64,000 bases of DNA from positions 968,528 through 1,032,527 of the forward strand of contig NZ_CP037422.1 of assembly GCF_007748175.1 (NCBI RefSeq). Reading direction: 5' to 3'. Below the pieces are notes generated by a model. That model saw only the letters and a list, made by a program, of their open reading frames with translations, ran no database searches and was not told where the DNA came from. The translations under genes and the position numbers were made by a program. Of this stretch, positions 54,565-64,000 are shown piece by piece; position 1 is the first letter of the stretch, and every line of letters starts with the position of its first letter. This DNA comes from Gimesia aquarii (GTDB lineage Bacteria; Planctomycetota; Planctomycetia; Planctomycetales; Planctomycetaceae).

Positions 54565-54721
54565 GTGAAAATCCTTAATCGAGGTGTGAAAATGGGACTG
54601 ACTTCACACTATCACTGTAACCCTGATGAGGCCAACAGGATAGTGAAAAAATAGACAACCAGCCAAAGAAGAGGCCATTCAAGTATACCAGCTCTGACAG
54701 ATCCATCAGACAGAAGTTGAG

Positions 54722-55384
54722 TTACGACAAAGTTTCCGATTCACTTTGAAGCGATTCATGTTCATCAAAATACTCACCAATCGCTTTTCGAAGGATTGAA
54801 CCTTTTCGTTCGACTTTTCTGAGGCTACAGGATAACTCTTGAGATATTTCTTTATTTGTCATCCCGGACAACTTCATGGAAGCAATCGTTTGTGTTTCCA
54901 AATCAAATTTCTGTAAGATCGATTCCAGGTCCAGATCGAGCTGATAATCAAACTCATCGAAAACCAGGTTCTGAAAATCAGAGTCTGATTCCATTGCAGC
55001 TAAATCGGCTGCCGACAGGACCTTTCCAGCACCTCGCTTTTGGGCATAAATTCTTCTCCAGGACTTTGCCAGTTTACGCCGCGTGATCTTGATCAGATAA
55101 GGCCAGAGATCGTCATGATCATCAACAGCTGGCTGGCTCTCACTATTTAATTTCTTCCAAAAACTGATAAAGGCGCTTTGCAAAATATCGCTGGAATCCG
55201 CGTGAGTTTGCAGTTTGGGAGACAGATGTTTGTCCACATAGTTTCTCAGCTTCACCTGGAACCGTTCTCTTATTTCAAGAAAGACTCGACTCGAAGAGTC
55301 CTCCGCTTCCTGAAGCATTGAGTCTGCAAGCACGGAAATCGTCTCGGTTGGATCGGGCTGCGAGGAATCGTTCATATATTTCAA
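54722..55384 (-). CDS. ECF sigma-70 family sigma factor.
   Basis: Region 2 (LQSAFISFWKK) and region 4 (TNKEISQELSCSLRKVERK) motifs. Confidence 0.8.
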   Translation of the reverse strand: MKYMNDSSQPDPTETISVLADSMLQEAEDSSSRVFLEIRERFQVKLRNYVDKHLSPKLQTHADSSDILQSAFISFWKKLNSESQPAVDDHDDLWPYLIKITRRKLAKSWRRIYAQKRGAGKVLSAADLAAMESDSDFQNLVFDEFDYQLDLDLESILQKFDLETQTIASMKLSGMTNKEISQELSCSLRKVERKGSILRKAIGEYFDEHESLQSESETLS

Positions 55385-55487
55385 AAAACCGTAGAAAACG
55401 ATGGCGGTGGTCTAAACGCGTTTGCCATTAACAAATTAGTGAGAGCCAGAAACTCGAAATAATACAACTAATATAGGAAAAACAAAC

Positions 55488-57881
55488 ATGAGATTCAATG
55501 ACTTGCAGACACCAAACGCGTTACAAAACCATTGCTTAAGCGGATTTACGCTTCGAATCGGCTTTTGGGTACCTCTTCTATTTGTTTTGACTGGCTGTTC
55601 CTCAGGACCCTCAGAAAATGACTTGCTTGAAGCATTAGAGGAGACAGCCCCTCATGATCTCGTCTGTTCAAGTCGGGTCGTTGAGATCACTGAAATCAAG
55701 TCTCTCAAAGAAGGGCAGAAATGGAAAGTTAAATTTGAGAGTCGAGATACGCCTGCAGAACCCTGGCTCCTACCAGTCGATGTTCCCGCTGAGTTAAAAA
55801 AGAACGTACCGGATCAAGAAAGCTTCCAAACTGCCGTCGAGCAGTTTCAACAACTACGATTTCCTGAAAAAAACAAGATTCAGGAGTTACACAAAGAATT
55901 AAGGGCTTTTCGATTTCCCAAGGTCTATCGAGAGAAATATGGAGTCTCTGATGAAGTTCTGTGGAGGGGTGAAGGAACACTGGAAAAAGAAGGAGAACTC
56001 TTTCATCTCGAGCTGACAAAAGTAAAGTCCAACGAAGACCTGGATTTTAAACAGCTGACTACGAAATCGAAATTGTCAAAGCAGACCGCGATTGCAGATG
56101 GCTCCCAGAACGATCCTTTAATAATGTACCAAGAACAACAGCGTAATTTTGTAGATGCTGTTAAATCAAGCCGGCAGAAGATGGAAGCGCGATTAGCGGC
56201 AGAAAAAACCAATCTAGAAACATTAGTCACTCATCCAGTTCGGTTACAGGGGGTCTTTAAAAACGGAACAGCAAAGTCCATCAATCTCAATTTCGAATTT
56301 GAACAAAATCGTGACAAACACTCTCTGAGTGCCGTTGCGATTGACTCTGATGAGATCATATCGCGGGTTGTCTTCAGTGGGTCATTGTTGCTACCTGATG
56401 TGTCTGAGCGTAATTCATTCGCAAGCAGAAACGTCCATGATGGCTGGGTCCTCACTTTAAAAAATGAAGACTTCAAACTATCTGAACTCGCAAAGACGTT
56501 TCCACGCGGAATGGTGATCTACTACGATCAGCCAACTGCCCAATTCCGTCTCGCAAATCGAAACAGTGCATTTGATTTCAGTGCCGAAAGAGAAACTCAG
56601 CCAGAAAACAATTCTACCCAATTACTGGAAGCAAGAATTCTGAAAGGTGCTCAATCCAGCGGAAAAGAGAAAATCAATTCCATGCCAGATCGTTTGTTGC
56701 AAATGACAAACATGGAATTTGACCCGGCAAGAAACCTCTTTCGCATTGTGATACAAGAAAAAGATAATCCCTTTCTGTCGGCAGTGTTTGAAGGCGTTCG
56801 TCGCACCGATCCCCCCCATCATCTGGGCATACCAATTCAGTTAAAACAAGTTTCCTTTTCTCATCTCTCACCCAATGGAAACAAAACGCGAACCAATTTG
56901 TTCTCCAAACAATCGGGAACACTATTGCTGGTACCAACGAAAGCAGGCTGGCAAGGCGTGATAGGTGATGCAAAACTGACGTTTCAAATTGAGAAAGATC
57001 GTCTCACCCTACCAAGTGCTTTGGAGCGATGGAAACAGGCGCTTCAACCAGGCACTCAATGGTCGGGGCCGCTCTATTGGAAAAATGATCCGGAAGAAGC
57101 ACTCCGGATGCGAATTGCCGATTACCGTCCCGATCAGAACTATGTACGACTGGTTCTGAAAAAAAAGAGTGATGCGCGTCAATACGTTGTCTATGAAGGC
57201 TCTTTACAGAAGGAGAGTGGGACCATTGATGGATTTGGCTTAGTCATGCAACAACGGGGACAATCTTCATTCGTTGATAAAATCTCTGACGGAGTCTTTT
57301 TTAATCAATACGTTTATTCCGGCGGCAGAGTCTGGAACATCGATTGGGATCACAAAGTGTTTCGCCTGTCCCCAGATGGAAAGCAGATGTATGCCTATTC
57401 GCTCAGAGGACAACGAACCATTCTGACGAAAGACGAAGCAGTGAAACCGAGTCACCAGCTGAAAACAGCTGAGTTCCAGAAATTATGGCGATCTGCTTTG
57501 AGCACAACCATACTCTGGAAAGGAGTTTTAACCGCACCAAAAACAAACAGTTCGGTTGAAATTCTCGCCAAAATCCGATCTTATGAACCAACGACAAACA
57601 CTGTTGAACTTGTCCTCGAAGTGAAAGGGAATTCGAAAATCAAAGCAAATTATAAGGGGACTTTGGTCACAACTGAGAATATGATTAATGGCTATGCCTT
57701 AAACTTGAAAAAAATGACGGGTGTCAATTCAACGAGTCATTTTTTTGATACCTATAATCTTGGAAGCCGGAAAGTTCAATTTCGACTCAATGAAACTGGT
57801 ACAAAGATGTATGGAAGACTGACTGATTTCCAATATGACGATCCTGAATTTATTGAACTGGAAGCTTCGACCGGGAAGTAA
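55488..57881 (+). CDS. Hypothetical lipoprotein (797 aa) with four tandem ~140-aa repeats. Sits upstream of the Ser/Thr kinase.
   Basis: Lipobox LLFVLTGCSSG. Recurring motif at about aa 294, 432, 568 and 719 (RVVFSGSLLL, SAVFEGV, YVVYEGSLQ, ANYKGTLV). Confidence 0.5.
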   Translation: MRFNDLQTPNALQNHCLSGFTLRIGFWVPLLFVLTGCSSGPSENDLLEALEETAPHDLVCSSRVVEITEIKSLKEGQKWKVKFESRDTPAEPWLLPVDVPAELKKNVPDQESFQTAVEQFQQLRFPEKNKIQELHKELRAFRFPKVYREKYGVSDEVLWRGEGTLEKEGELFHLELTKVKSNEDLDFKQLTTKSKLSKQTAIADGSQNDPLIMYQEQQRNFVDAVKSSRQKMEARLAAEKTNLETLVTHPVRLQGVFKNGTAKSINLNFEFEQNRDKHSLSAVAIDSDEIISRVVFSGSLLLPDVSERNSFASRNVHDGWVLTLKNEDFKLSELAKTFPRGMVIYYDQPTAQFRLANRNSAFDFSAERETQPENNSTQLLEARILKGAQSSGKEKINSMPDRLLQMTNMEFDPARNLFRIVIQEKDNPFLSAVFEGVRRTDPPHHLGIPIQLKQVSFSHLSPNGNKTRTNLFSKQSGTLLLVPTKAGWQGVIGDAKLTFQIEKDRLTLPSALERWKQALQPGTQWSGPLYWKNDPEEALRMRIADYRPDQNYVRLVLKKKSDARQYVVYEGSLQKESGTIDGFGLVMQQRGQSSFVDKISDGVFFNQYVYSGGRVWNIDWDHKVFRLSPDGKQMYAYSLRGQRTILTKDEAVKPSHQLKTAEFQKLWRSALSTTILWKGVLTAPKTNSSVEILAKIRSYEPTTNTVELVLEVKGNSKIKANYKGTLVTTENMINGYALNLKKMTGVNSTSHFFDTYNLGSRKVQFRLNETGTKMYGRLTDFQYDDPEFIELEASTGK

Positions 57882-57948
57882 CGCTGTTGGATCTCGCTTT
57901 GATACAATTGCCTAAATCTCCTTCACGAACTTCAGAGAATGAAAAGAC

Positions 57949-60900
57949 ATGTTCGCCGAACTAAACCTGGAAGACAATCTGAAAATCGACTCGCTTTGCG
58001 ATGCGTTTGAATCAGAATGGACTCCTGAGAGTTCGTTGATCTTCAAACCCTACCTCGATCGGTGTGCGCCTCACCTGCACCGGGGGGCCGTACAAGAACT
58101 CATCAAAGTGGATCTGGAATTACGCTTTTCCAATGGTCTTGAGATTGCTCCCGAACTCTACCAGAATCAGCTTCCTGAATTCAGCGATGTCATCCAGGAA
58201 GTGGTGGAATCGAGTAAAGTGGAATTGAACACCCTGCTGTTTCCGCAGCAGACAAGCGAAAAAGATCAACATATTCATAAGGCAAAGCCCAATACTTCAA
58301 AGGAAACACCAGAAGAACATTTTGGGCGTTTCAAATTACTGGAAGAATTAGGACACGGTGCATTCGGCACAGTATATCGTGCTTATGACCCGACGCTGGA
58401 TCGCGTTGTCGCGTTGAAACTGCCTCGTCTAGAAAAACGAGATACAGAAAGTATCAATCGTTTTCTCAGCGAAGCACAAATCGCAGCCCAGCTTCATCAT
58501 CCCAATATTGTAGCTGTTTGGGAACGCGGGGAGATCAAAGAACAATACTATATTTCTTCAGCCTATGTTAAAGGCGAGACACTTGAGGACTGTCTGAAAA
58601 CTCATCCACCAGCCTTGAAACAGAAGGTAATTTGGATACGTGATCTTGCTCTGGCACTCCATTATGCTCACGAGCAAAATATCATTCACAGGGATATTAA
58701 ACCAGCCAATATCCAGGTCAATGAAAACCATGATCCGATGATCATGGATTTCGGATTAGCAAAGCGGACGAATCTTGCTGTCGATCAAACAACCGATGGA
58801 CAAGTGATGGGAACGCCGGCTTATATGTCACCTGAACAAGCAAGAGGGATTGTTGCAGAGATCGGTCCAGAAACGGATCAATATTCATTGGGAGCCGTTT
58901 TTTACCAACTACTTGTTGGTGAGCCACGACTAAAAGGAACTGCATATGAAATAATAAAAACGCTTCAAAATTATCCTGCACCGCCTACCATTCACCTTAT
59001 AAAACAGAAGATCCCAGCAGACCTGATTCCAGCCGATCTGATTGCAATTTGCCAGAAAATGCTGCAACCTATCTCGAGTGACCGGTATGAATCATGTCTA
59101 GCCGCTTCAGATGACCTTACCCGATGGTTGGATGGACGATCTGTCTCTGTCCGAAAAATTTCTCAGGCGGAACGTGTTTTTAACTGGGCGAGGAGAAACA
59201 AAGTGGTCAGCAGTTTGCTGGGCCTGGTTTTAGCAATACTTTCAACGAGTTTAATCATGATCTCACTGGCTTTATTTGAAGCTTCGGATGCTCGTGAAGA
59301 GGCAGAAAATAACTTAACAATTGCGCGAACTCAGGAAGCAATTGCAGTGAACGAAAAAAAGAAAGCAGAGATATCAGAGGTAGCCCAGCGAATCGAAGCT
59401 TCTCAATCAAAACTTCTTCTGGCAGGTTATGAAATACAAGCAGGTCGTTTTTACGAAGCACTCTCTTATTTGAGTGCTCTGCCCAAGCCTGATCGCAACT
59501 GGGTCTGGAAATTGCAATCATCGCGTATTCCAAAAGAAATTTGCAGGATTGCAAATTTCAAGAAATATAACTTTGTCAGCCCTCGGGTTGTCCTCTCTCC
59601 AGATGGTAAGCTTGTTTCCATTTCGTTATCGTTACCGGCGGACAAAACATATCATCACCCCAGGATGGTAACATCGATATTTGATGCACAGACCGGAAAG
59701 TTCCAGCACGAAATTCAAAATAACGACTACCACATTGCTACAGCTATGACTGACGGTTTTACCACTGATAGTCGGTATCTAATTATTGCTTTTCAGAAAA
59801 AATTTCCCATGAGATCTGAATCAACACTCGGGATTTTTGATATTCAGCAAAAAAAAATAGTCAAATATTTTGGCCCCGTGCGGAATGCTCATTTAAGTCC
59901 ATTCAATGCGAATGAAATCGTTCTCCAGAGGAACTCAAAGGAAGATAGCAAAAAGGTCGAATACCTGACCTGGAATTTCCTGACTGATAAAGAGACTCAT
60001 TTTGGTATCGGTCCCTATGTTAGCTTAAATCGCTTCAGTGTAAACTCAGACCAAACGGAAATTGCTTTTCGTTCTCCCGAAAAAGTTGATGTAAAACTAC
60101 TTAAGGAAGGAAAATCACCTCTAGCAGGAATTTTTCAACGCTTGAATGCCAATCACCACAACCTATCTAAAGATCAGAAACAGATTGTTGGCAGACTCCA
60201 AGAGAGTTGGTATTGGAAATCGAAACGAAAAACTGTTGTTCCCGGAAAGTCAGTCATCGTCGAATTGCCTTCAAAGCTGGTTACTGTTTTGGAGAATGAC
60301 CCTGCTGTCGCTTCACTCTTTGATTTTTCTTTTAACTTTTCGTTTTCTGATGATAACAAGTATACGATGCTGAAAGCATCCAAGTCCACATCGCTAGCTT
60401 ATGAGCGGAAACAGTTTTGCTGGTGGAATCGACAGTCTGGTGAATATGTCGGCAAAGCAATCGGACAAGGAGTCAGCCGAGATGGAAAGCGATATGCTTC
60501 AATTGAAAATCGTTCGGTCGTTATTCGCGAAACACCCAAGCACTTGCGCCGCTTTCAATCTGAAGCGATTGAAAGCACGTTAGCTCGCTGGCATCCACTT
60601 CATCCCGCTCCCCGAACCGAGGCTCGACCGATTGTCTTTTACTGGAATGAACAACCTTGGGTTTTTATTTCTCATCGACATGGAAACGACGTTGTTGACA
60701 GAAAGAGAAATATTGTCACCCGTAAGAGAGCCTTCCCACTTCCCTATTTTCGTATCTCCAAAGTGGCAGTTCATCATAAAAGTGGGAACATTGCGTACTA
60801 TCGAAGTAAAGACAAAGTAGAAGTTCTTTCTCTGAAAACCGGAAAAATAGTCGCTCGTTTACCTTGTGGAAAATTTCCTTCAAGCGCCTTTTTGGCATTT

Positions 60901-61482
60901 CACCCTGACGGAACAAAACTAATTGGCGGTGATGCAGAGGGGCTCATCATTTGGTCAATCACCGAGCAAAAAATTCTTGAAAAAATTTCTCACACCAAGT
61001 GTTTAATGGGAATGCGGGGAAAAATGCAGTTTAATTCGAGTGGTAACTTTCTTTCTGTATATTCTACCGGGTATCAATCTGTCATTCTCGAAAAAGATAC
61101 TTGGGTTGATCAGGCAAAGAAAATATCGAAAGTTCTTTTCAAAATCACCCTTTCACCAGACGGCTCCCTGCTTGCCAATGCAGATATCAATGGGCAAATT
61201 ACGATTTTTGACTTTCGTTCGGGAAAAGTGCTTCACCAAATCGAAACAGATGCCCAATATGCAACTCCACAGTTTCATCCAATAGAACCGTTATTGATTG
61301 TGGGACGCAATGATGGACGTTTATTGATGTATTCCACAAAAAACTGGCGACTTGTTTTTGATGAAGCTTTGCCCGTCGGGCGTGTCGAAGAAATAAAATT
61401 CAGTGAATCCGGCGATGCATTTGCAGTTTCTGTGGAAACAAACACGACACGCCGCTGGTTTGAGTTTTCATCAAAAAGGTGA
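57949..61482 (+). CDS. Ser/Thr protein kinase with a planctomycete-type N-terminal domain, one TM helix and a large WD40-like extracytoplasmic region.
   Basis: Kinase motifs GHGAFGTVYRA, HRDIKPANIQV, DFGLAK, GTPAYMSPEQ. TM VVSSLLGLVLAILSTSLIMISLALF at about 59200-59275. Confidence 0.9.
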   Translation: MFAELNLEDNLKIDSLCDAFESEWTPESSLIFKPYLDRCAPHLHRGAVQELIKVDLELRFSNGLEIAPELYQNQLPEFSDVIQEVVESSKVELNTLLFPQQTSEKDQHIHKAKPNTSKETPEEHFGRFKLLEELGHGAFGTVYRAYDPTLDRVVALKLPRLEKRDTESINRFLSEAQIAAQLHHPNIVAVWERGEIKEQYYISSAYVKGETLEDCLKTHPPALKQKVIWIRDLALALHYAHEQNIIHRDIKPANIQVNENHDPMIMDFGLAKRTNLAVDQTTDGQVMGTPAYMSPEQARGIVAEIGPETDQYSLGAVFYQLLVGEPRLKGTAYEIIKTLQNYPAPPTIHLIKQKIPADLIPADLIAICQKMLQPISSDRYESCLAASDDLTRWLDGRSVSVRKISQAERVFNWARRNKVVSSLLGLVLAILSTSLIMISLALFEASDAREEAENNLTIARTQEAIAVNEKKKAEISEVAQRIEASQSKLLLAGYEIQAGRFYEALSYLSALPKPDRNWVWKLQSSRIPKEICRIANFKKYNFVSPRVVLSPDGKLVSISLSLPADKTYHHPRMVTSIFDAQTGKFQHEIQNNDYHIATAMTDGFTTDSRYLIIAFQKKFPMRSESTLGIFDIQQKKIVKYFGPVRNAHLSPFNANEIVLQRNSKEDSKKVEYLTWNFLTDKETHFGIGPYVSLNRFSVNSDQTEIAFRSPEKVDVKLLKEGKSPLAGIFQRLNANHHNLSKDQKQIVGRLQESWYWKSKRKTVVPGKSVIVELPSKLVTVLENDPAVASLFDFSFNFSFSDDNKYTMLKASKSTSLAYERKQFCWWNRQSGEYVGKAIGQGVSRDGKRYASIENRSVVIRETPKHLRRFQSEAIESTLARWHPLHPAPRTEARPIVFYWNEQPWVFISHRHGNDVVDRKRNIVTRKRAFPLPYFRISKVAVHHKSGNIAYYRSKDKVEVLSLKTGKIVARLPCGKFPSSAFLAFHPDGTKLIGGDAEGLIIWSITEQKILEKISHTKCLMGMRGKMQFNSSGNFLSVYSTGYQSVILEKDTWVDQAKKISKVLFKITLSPDGSLLANADINGQITIFDFRSGKVLHQIETDAQYATPQFHPIEPLLIVGRNDGRLLMYSTKNWRLVFDEALPVGRVEEIKFSESGDAFAVSVETNTTRRWFEFSSKR

Positions 61483-61634
61483 CTCGTTCTGCTCTCAAAT
61501 TTCTCCCCCCTAGAGCAAGCCCATCCGTCGTTCAATGCCACTCTCTAAAAGTTGCAGGAAACCCGGTTTGGATCTACAATCAGAATTGATTTGAGAAATG
61601 AACCTGTTTCACGCAACTATTAAGGCGATTAAAG

Positions 61635-62003
61635 ATGCCTCACACCAATTTGCAGACACTGATTCGTCACGAAGGCGAAGCACCACGGGAGCGGAGCACT
61701 TGCGGTTGGCGTGATCGACTCATTAGCCGCGAAGACCGTGATGTAGCGGCCTGGGCTCACGCAGTCGATATTGACGGTGCACGCGAGCATTACCACAAGC
61801 GATCTACTGAACTTTATTACGTACTGGACGGTACAGGAGTTGTCATTCTGGATGGGGTCGAGCATCCCGTAAACCCTGGTACGATGGTTCATATTCCGCC
61901 CGGTGTTGTGCATGGTGCCAAAGGTCGCATGCGTGTCCTTGTTGTAGGCATTCCGGACATAGCAGATGATGATCTTTTCTTCGTTGACGATGCGACAGCA
62001 TAG
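61635..62003 (+). CDS. Cupin-domain protein.
   Basis: HYHKRSTELYYVLDGTGVVILDGVEHPVNPGTMVHIPPGVVHGA cupin_2 metal motifs. Confidence 0.8.
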   Translation: MPHTNLQTLIRHEGEAPRERSTCGWRDRLISREDRDVAAWAHAVDIDGAREHYHKRSTELYYVLDGTGVVILDGVEHPVNPGTMVHIPPGVVHGAKGRMRVLVVGIPDIADDDLFFVDDATA

Positions 62004-62012
62004 CACTTTTGT

Positions 62013-63992
62013 TTAATCGTCAGTCTGGCAGGAGAAATCATCAAACGTAACGTGTCCCCATCCGCCCGCACTTTGATCGACGATGCGTAATTTCACTCGT
62101 TTTCCAATAGAATCACTCATGTTCCACACTACGCGTCGCATCGTAGGTCCATTACTACCGCTTGCCTTTCGCAGTTGTTTCCCATCGGAATCATAGAGGG
62201 CTACGTATGTGGAATTGCCACTACCACCACCGATTAAGAAACTGACTTTAGGCCCTTTGAGAAGAAACGTCGGCGATTCGATGATGCCGACTTGACTGTC
62301 ATCGCCACGCGTCTGAGTCTTTCGGTTGCCTGTGAATAGAAACCAGTCGCCTTGCTTGTTGAAGGGCTGACTTTTGAAGTTTGGTAAAGTGTCTCGATCC
62401 GTGAGAGCATCAGGCAGAGATCCTTCGACGACTTTCCATCCTTGCCAGTCCTCTTTTTCAAATGTGAATCGATAGTTGCCTACCGGCTTTGCGTTGTCAT
62501 AAACCACTTTTCTGTTTTTGATGGACCGTCGAGTGGCTTCTAATCTGCGCGGGCCTTCATCAAAGAACCGGGCACCGCGACCGCTACGATCAATGTCGCC
62601 AAGTTCTTGCCGGGCATGCTGAATTCGCTGCATCAGACGTTGCACCACATCTGGATGCTGTCGGGCAATGTCATTCGATTCGCCAGGGTCTTTATCGAGG
62701 TTAAATAACTGGGTTTTCACAACGGCTTCGATCATGCGACCCCACCAGCCGGTGCCTGGGGGATTTTTCTCTCGAGGTAACACCAGTTTCCATTCGCCAA
62801 CGCGTACTCCAGTCAGGAGACAACCACAATAATAGAAGTATTCATCACGCGGACTATTGTCTGTTTTGCCCAGCAAGAATTCCGATGCATCGAAGCCATC
62901 TAAAATAAGCTCCTTCGGTGTCTTCGCTTTGGCGAACGCCGCAAACGTCGGCAGCAAATCCATAGTTGTCAGGACCTCATCGCTTTCACGGCCCGGGCTG
63001 ATCTTACCAGGCCAGCGCACAATGCAAGGCACGCGCGATCCGCCGTCCCATGCCGACATTTTCCAGCCACGCAGGGGATCTGCTGTCCCTGAATGGTTTC
63101 TGGGAATCTGTTTTTCAATCCAGGGACCATTGTCGGATGTAAAAACGACGAGCGTGTTTTCATCTAACCCAAGTGACTTGAGCTTCGCAAAAATCTGACC
63201 GCAAGACCAGTCGATTTCTTCGATTGTATCTCCGTAGGGTCCGTTTTTCGATTTGTTCTTGAAATTTTTTGACGCACCCACGGGAATGTGCGGCATGTTA
63301 TGCGCGAGATACAGAAAGAACGGCTGCCTGTGATGTTTTTCTATCCAATCAATTGCTTCACGAGTGTAATCGCCAGTAATGGCATCCCAGTCTTGAACCT
63401 GAGGAACGACCACTTCCTCATTGCGTAAGATTGGACTGCGAAACCGCGATTGATTCACAAATGTCGTAAGACCGTTAAATTGGGGAGTGCCATAGAAATA
63501 GTCAAATCCCTGAGCGTTCGGCATCGTAGCAGCACGAAAACCTGTCGAAGCTTTGCGATCGCGTTGACATAAATGCCATTTTCCAATTAAAGCCGTCGCA
63601 TAACCTGCCTCTTTCAGCATCTCGGCCATAGTCCACTCTTGAGGATGTGGTACGGTATGTAAGTGCTTGACGTTATCTGGTTCAGCAACGCGAATCGGGT
63701 AACATCCTGTCATCAAAGCGGCCCGCGATACACCACAGACCGGTTGCGCATAGAAACTTGTCAGCCTTAGACCTTCTGCGGCCATTTGATCCAAATGTGG
63801 CGTCTTGATCGTCTGACTACCGAAACACCCCAGATCGTGATAGCCTTGATCGTCAGTGAAAATCACAATGATATTAGGTTTGTCATTTGCAACGGCAATC
63901 GAGGTATGGAGTAAAAGGGCTAAAATGGTACAACCCAAAATCTGAAGAGGGATCGCGTTCTTTCTCGTGAGTCGGAGTCGGTTGGTCATCAT
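62013..63992 (-). CDS. Sulfatase-family protein with a C-terminal ~150-aa extra domain. The active-site motif is non-canonical.
   Basis: Signal peptide. IIVIFTDDQGYHD. The signature reads QPVCGVSRAALMTGCYP, i.e. C-G-V-S-R instead of C-x-P/A-x-R. Confidence 0.85.
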   Translation of the reverse strand: MMTNRLRLTRKNAIPLQILGCTILALLLHTSIAVANDKPNIIVIFTDDQGYHDLGCFGSQTIKTPHLDQMAAEGLRLTSFYAQPVCGVSRAALMTGCYPIRVAEPDNVKHLHTVPHPQEWTMAEMLKEAGYATALIGKWHLCQRDRKASTGFRAATMPNAQGFDYFYGTPQFNGLTTFVNQSRFRSPILRNEEVVVPQVQDWDAITGDYTREAIDWIEKHHRQPFFLYLAHNMPHIPVGASKNFKNKSKNGPYGDTIEEIDWSCGQIFAKLKSLGLDENTLVVFTSDNGPWIEKQIPRNHSGTADPLRGWKMSAWDGGSRVPCIVRWPGKISPGRESDEVLTTMDLLPTFAAFAKAKTPKELILDGFDASEFLLGKTDNSPRDEYFYYCGCLLTGVRVGEWKLVLPREKNPPGTGWWGRMIEAVVKTQLFNLDKDPGESNDIARQHPDVVQRLMQRIQHARQELGDIDRSGRGARFFDEGPRRLEATRRSIKNRKVVYDNAKPVGNYRFTFEKEDWQGWKVVEGSLPDALTDRDTLPNFKSQPFNKQGDWFLFTGNRKTQTRGDDSQVGIIESPTFLLKGPKVSFLIGGGSGNSTYVALYDSDGKQLRKASGSNGPTMRRVVWNMSDSIGKRVKLRIVDQSAGGWGHVTFDDFSCQTDD

Positions 63993-64000
63993 TCCCCTTT

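Noticed and set aside
1-64000. CRISPR arrays, transposases, integrases, and phage structural genes
   Set aside because: No regularly spaced direct repeats and no IS/integrase/phage-like proteins were seen in any frame. The only repeat of note is the oxyR 3' fragment duplication.

Overview
This 64-kb window looks like a Planctomycetota chromosome segment, Planctomycetaceae-like (Gimesia-type). The evidence is a DUF1559 prepilin-like H-X9-DG protein followed by a small lipoprotein, two arylsulfatases, several ECF sigma factors, a Ser/Thr kinase with a WD40-like ectodomain, a BlaR1(M56)-beta-propeller fusion, and a PVC-type heme-binding membrane-bound-dehydrogenase protein. Coding density is high: about 50 genes, no rRNA, no CRISPR, no transposase or integrase. 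The main blocks are as follows. (1) 1-4690: a MarR-regulated TolC-like/HlyD efflux operon, partial at the window edge. (2) 4891-22820: mixed secreted-enzyme and regulator genes, including sulfatase, a GntR-controlled heme-binding dehydrogenase plus deacetylase, an FG-GAP protein, yaaA, and a sigma/YciI pair. (3) 22841-29494: a T1SS-like four-gene operon (ABC, membrane fusion protein, TolC, extra outer-membrane barrel) in which the ABC protein's ATPase motifs are all substituted. (4) 30915-31003: a tRNA-like element, followed by a long structured leader and a slipin(SPFH) gene. (5) 33559-45061: a long minus-strand run (methyltransferase, BlaI/BlaR1-TolB-like, ECF sigma/ZAS anti-sigma, DUF1223, DsbD, triple-YHS protein) read divergently from an oxyR gene. 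(6) 45219-51348: seven detox/catabolic genes, flanked on the right by a decayed copy of the oxyR 3' end at about 51540-51690. (7) 51741-63992: MOSC, an alpha/beta hydrolase, ECF sigma, a 4x tandem-repeat lipoprotein, an STK-WD40 protein, a cupin, and a sulfatase with a non-canonical CGVSR motif. The most interesting candidates are the degenerate-NBD secretion operon, the OxyR/ZAS-bracketed periplasmic thiol-redox module, the oxyR 3'-end duplication that bounds a 6.5-kb block, and the tRNA-like remnant.
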